The notes below the pieces were generated by a model that made no database searches, was not told where the DNA came from, and was given only the letters and a program-made list of their open reading frames with translations. Below are positions 62,125 to 64,000 of a DNA stretch of 64,000 bases, piece by piece. How positions within the stretch are numbered: the first letter of the stretch is position 1; the number at the start of each line of letters is the position of its first letter. This stretch comes from an uncultured delta proteobacterium (GTDB taxonomy: Bacteria; Myxococcota; Myxococcia; Myxococcales; Anaeromyxobacteraceae), in assembly GCA_963845515.1 (NCBI GenBank), contig CAWJSR010000028.1, positions 128,001 to 192,000 of the forward strand, written 5' to 3'. A program made the translations under genes and the position numbers.

Positions 62125-62931
62125 TCACACCGCCGTCTGGCCGGTCAGCTGCCGCGTCACCGGGTGCGAGCTGGACAGCCCGCCGTCGACCACCAGCGCC
62201 TGGCCGTTGACATAGCTCGACTGCGCCGAGGCCAGGAACAGCGCCGCCTGCGCCAGTTCCTCGGGCTGCGCGGCGCGGCGCAGCGGGTTGAGCTTGCCCA
62301 GCTTGTGCGTCACGCCCTTGTCCTTGGCATAGTCGAAGGTCGGCTTGGTCATCCCGGTTTCGGTCAGTCCCGGGCAGATGGCATTGACACGCACGTTGGT
62401 CTCGCACAGCTGCTGCGCCGACACCTGCACCAGATTGATGACCCCGGCCTTCGAGGCCGAATAGGCCGGCCCGCCGGCGCCCGAGCGGATGCCGGCCACC
62501 GACGCGGTGCAGACGATCGAGCCGCCCTTGCCGGCGTCGGCCATGGCCTTGCCGGCATGCTTGACCATCAGCCACGGGCCGATCAGGTTGACGCGCAGCA
62601 CCTCGGCAAAGTGTTCGGGCGTGAGCTCGAAGATGCCGGCCATGCCGCCGGACACGCCGGCATTGGCGAAGGCCACGTCGAGCCGGCCGTACTCGGAAAG
62701 CGCGCTGGCCACCAGCTTGGCCACATCCGCCTCGACGCCGGCGTCCATCTGCATGGCGGTCGCGCGGCCACCGGCTTGCTGCACCTGACGCGCGGTGTCG
62801 TGCACGGCCTCGGTCTTGTCACCCACGACCACAGTCGCGCCTTCGGCAGCGAACAAGAGTGCCGATGCGCGGCCGATGCCGGAGCCTGCGCCGGTGATGA
62901 TGGCCACCTTGCCTTCGAGTGCATTGCCCAC
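62125..62931 (-). CDS. SDR-family oxidoreductase
   Basis: [23 protein letters not shown]. Confidence 0.92.
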   Translation of the reverse strand: MGNALEGKVAIITGAGSGIGRASALLFAAEGATVVVGDKTEAVHDTARQVQQAGGRATAMQMDAGVEADVAKLVASALSEYGRLDVAFANAGVSGGMAGIFELTPEHFAEVLRVNLIGPWLMVKHAGKAMADAGKGGSIVCTASVAGIRSGAGGPAYSASKAGVINLVQVSAQQLCETNVRVNAICPGLTETGMTKPTFDYAKDKGVTHKLGKLNPLRRAAQPEELAQAALFLASAQSSYVNGQALVVDGGLSSSHPVTRQLTGQTAV

Positions 62932-63122
62932 GTGTTGCTCCAGTCCTTGAGTGATTGCCGAGGAGGCACAAGCGTACACGCGCACAGGGCGGCGCCGAAG
63001 CCATTCGCGATATAGTGTTTGCCCTGTGGCGGCTTGCCCTGCCGCTGGCGGCGCAAGACGCCGCACCCACCCACAAATGCAGCGCAGCCCCCCATCGGTG
63101 TGGGCGCCAGCGGAGGTTTGTT

Positions 63123-63815
63123 TTGGATTACGCGCAACAGCAACGCAACCCGGGCAAGCACGTCGTCGGCTTGTCGGTGGTGGTGGCGCTGCATGTGCTG
63201 CTGGGCGTGCTGCTGGTCTATGGGCTGTCGCGCACGGTGGTCGATGTCGTGCGTGCGCCGATCGACACCAAGATCATCGAGGAGGTGAAACCGCCCCCCC
63301 CTCCGCCGCTGGACAGCCTGCCACCACCGCCGCGCACGGCACCACCGCCGCCCTCATTCGTGCCACCGCCCGAGGTGCAGGTGACACCGCCACCGACACC
63401 GGCGCCGACCATCACCACCACGCCGGTGGCGCCGCCGCCGTCGCCGCCGGTGCGCATCGAGCCGGCTGCGCCGGCCGTGGTCAGCGCACCGCCGGCGCCC
63501 CCCGTGCCGCCGGCCGCGCCAGTGCGCACCTCGCCCAAGCTGGACTTCAACGCCTGTGCCAAGCCCGAGTACAACGCCGCCACGCGCCGCGCCGAGGCGC
63601 AGGGCTCGGTGGTCGTGGCCTACACAATGGACACCAGCGGCGTCATCAGCGAAGCCCGCATCGAAAAGTCCAGTGGCGTGACGCGCGAACACAAGATGCT
63701 CGATCGCATGACGCTCGAGGCCGTGCAGAACTGCAAGGGCACGCCCGGCACGCTGGACGGCAAGCCGGAAAAGCTCAGCTCACGCATCGAATACGTCTGG
63801 AAGCTGACCGATTGA
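63123..63815 (+). CDS. tonB: Energy transducer TonB family protein
   Basis: TM helix with His (VVALHVL), Pro-rich linker, C-terminal PEY..A.R...QGSV.V. Confidence 0.85.
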   Translation: MDYAQQQRNPGKHVVGLSVVVALHVLLGVLLVYGLSRTVVDVVRAPIDTKIIEEVKPPPPPPLDSLPPPPRTAPPPPSFVPPPEVQVTPPPTPAPTITTTPVAPPPSPPVRIEPAAPAVVSAPPAPPVPPAAPVRTSPKLDFNACAKPEYNAATRRAEAQGSVVVAYTMDTSGVISEARIEKSSGVTREHKMLDRMTLEAVQNCKGTPGTLDGKPEKLSSRIEYVWKLTD

Positions 63816-63829
63816 CCCCTGGAGAAACC

Positions 63830-64000
63830 ATGTCCTTCTCGCACCCCCGACCCCTGCTGCAGTGCGCACGACCTGCCAAGGCAATGCTGTTGCTGCTGGC
63901 AGGCCTGACGCTGGGCCTGGGCCTGCTGCCGCAAATGGCCCTGGCCCAGGCGGCTTCGGCGCCGATGGTGGCCCAGGAAACTGTCGCCAACCCCTACGGG
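63830..64000 (+). CDS. MotA/TolQ/ExbB protein, N-terminus (truncated by the window edge)
   Basis: Directly follows tonB; signal-like segment followed by ETVANPYG. Confidence 0.6.
   Translation, partial: MSFSHPRPLLQCARPAKAMLLLLAGLTLGLGLLPQMALAQAASAPMVAQETVANPYG

Noticed and set aside
63285..63520. Low-complexity ccg/cca repeats as a repeat element
   Set aside because: Ordinary proline-rich TonB linker

Overview
The window appears to join three unrelated genomic fragments, and genes are cut at both junctions. (1) 1-~22526 is a very GC-rich Anaeromyxobacter/Myxococcota-like dcw cluster (murD'-ftsW-murG-murC-murB-ddl-ftsQ-ftsA-ftsZ, with pyrF nearby). It is interrupted by two accessory cassettes: a YtkA/FMN-bind-like/ABC cassette, and a cassette of multiheme cytochromes, Cys-less redoxin-TPR proteins and two nucleotidyltransferase pairs. 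(2) ~22527-~33066 is lower-GC archaeal DNA, Methanomicrobiales (Methanoregula)-like. It carries tpiA, an RLAN/RimK/YkgJ/GCS2 ligase cluster, an ADP-forming acyl-CoA synthetase, a multi-hairpin intergenic element, a REC-PAS-PAS-diadenylate cyclase, a TFEbeta-like gene and Lsm. (3) ~33067-64000 is Burkholderiales-like DNA. It carries a 'thermostable hemolysin'/AMP-ligase/diiron/SDR operon, paired TTC38-like genes, paired unknown wHTH genes, an 11-bp-periodic GATAC promoter motif shared by three intergenic regions, intact and remnant PEP-CTERM genes, a hybrid kinase, a phospholipase D and tonB-exbB. Many genes, including essential ones, carry single-base frameshifts that look like uncorrected long-read errors. 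I saw no rRNA, tRNA, CRISPR array or transposase. All family and taxon calls come from motif recognition by eye, not from database searches.
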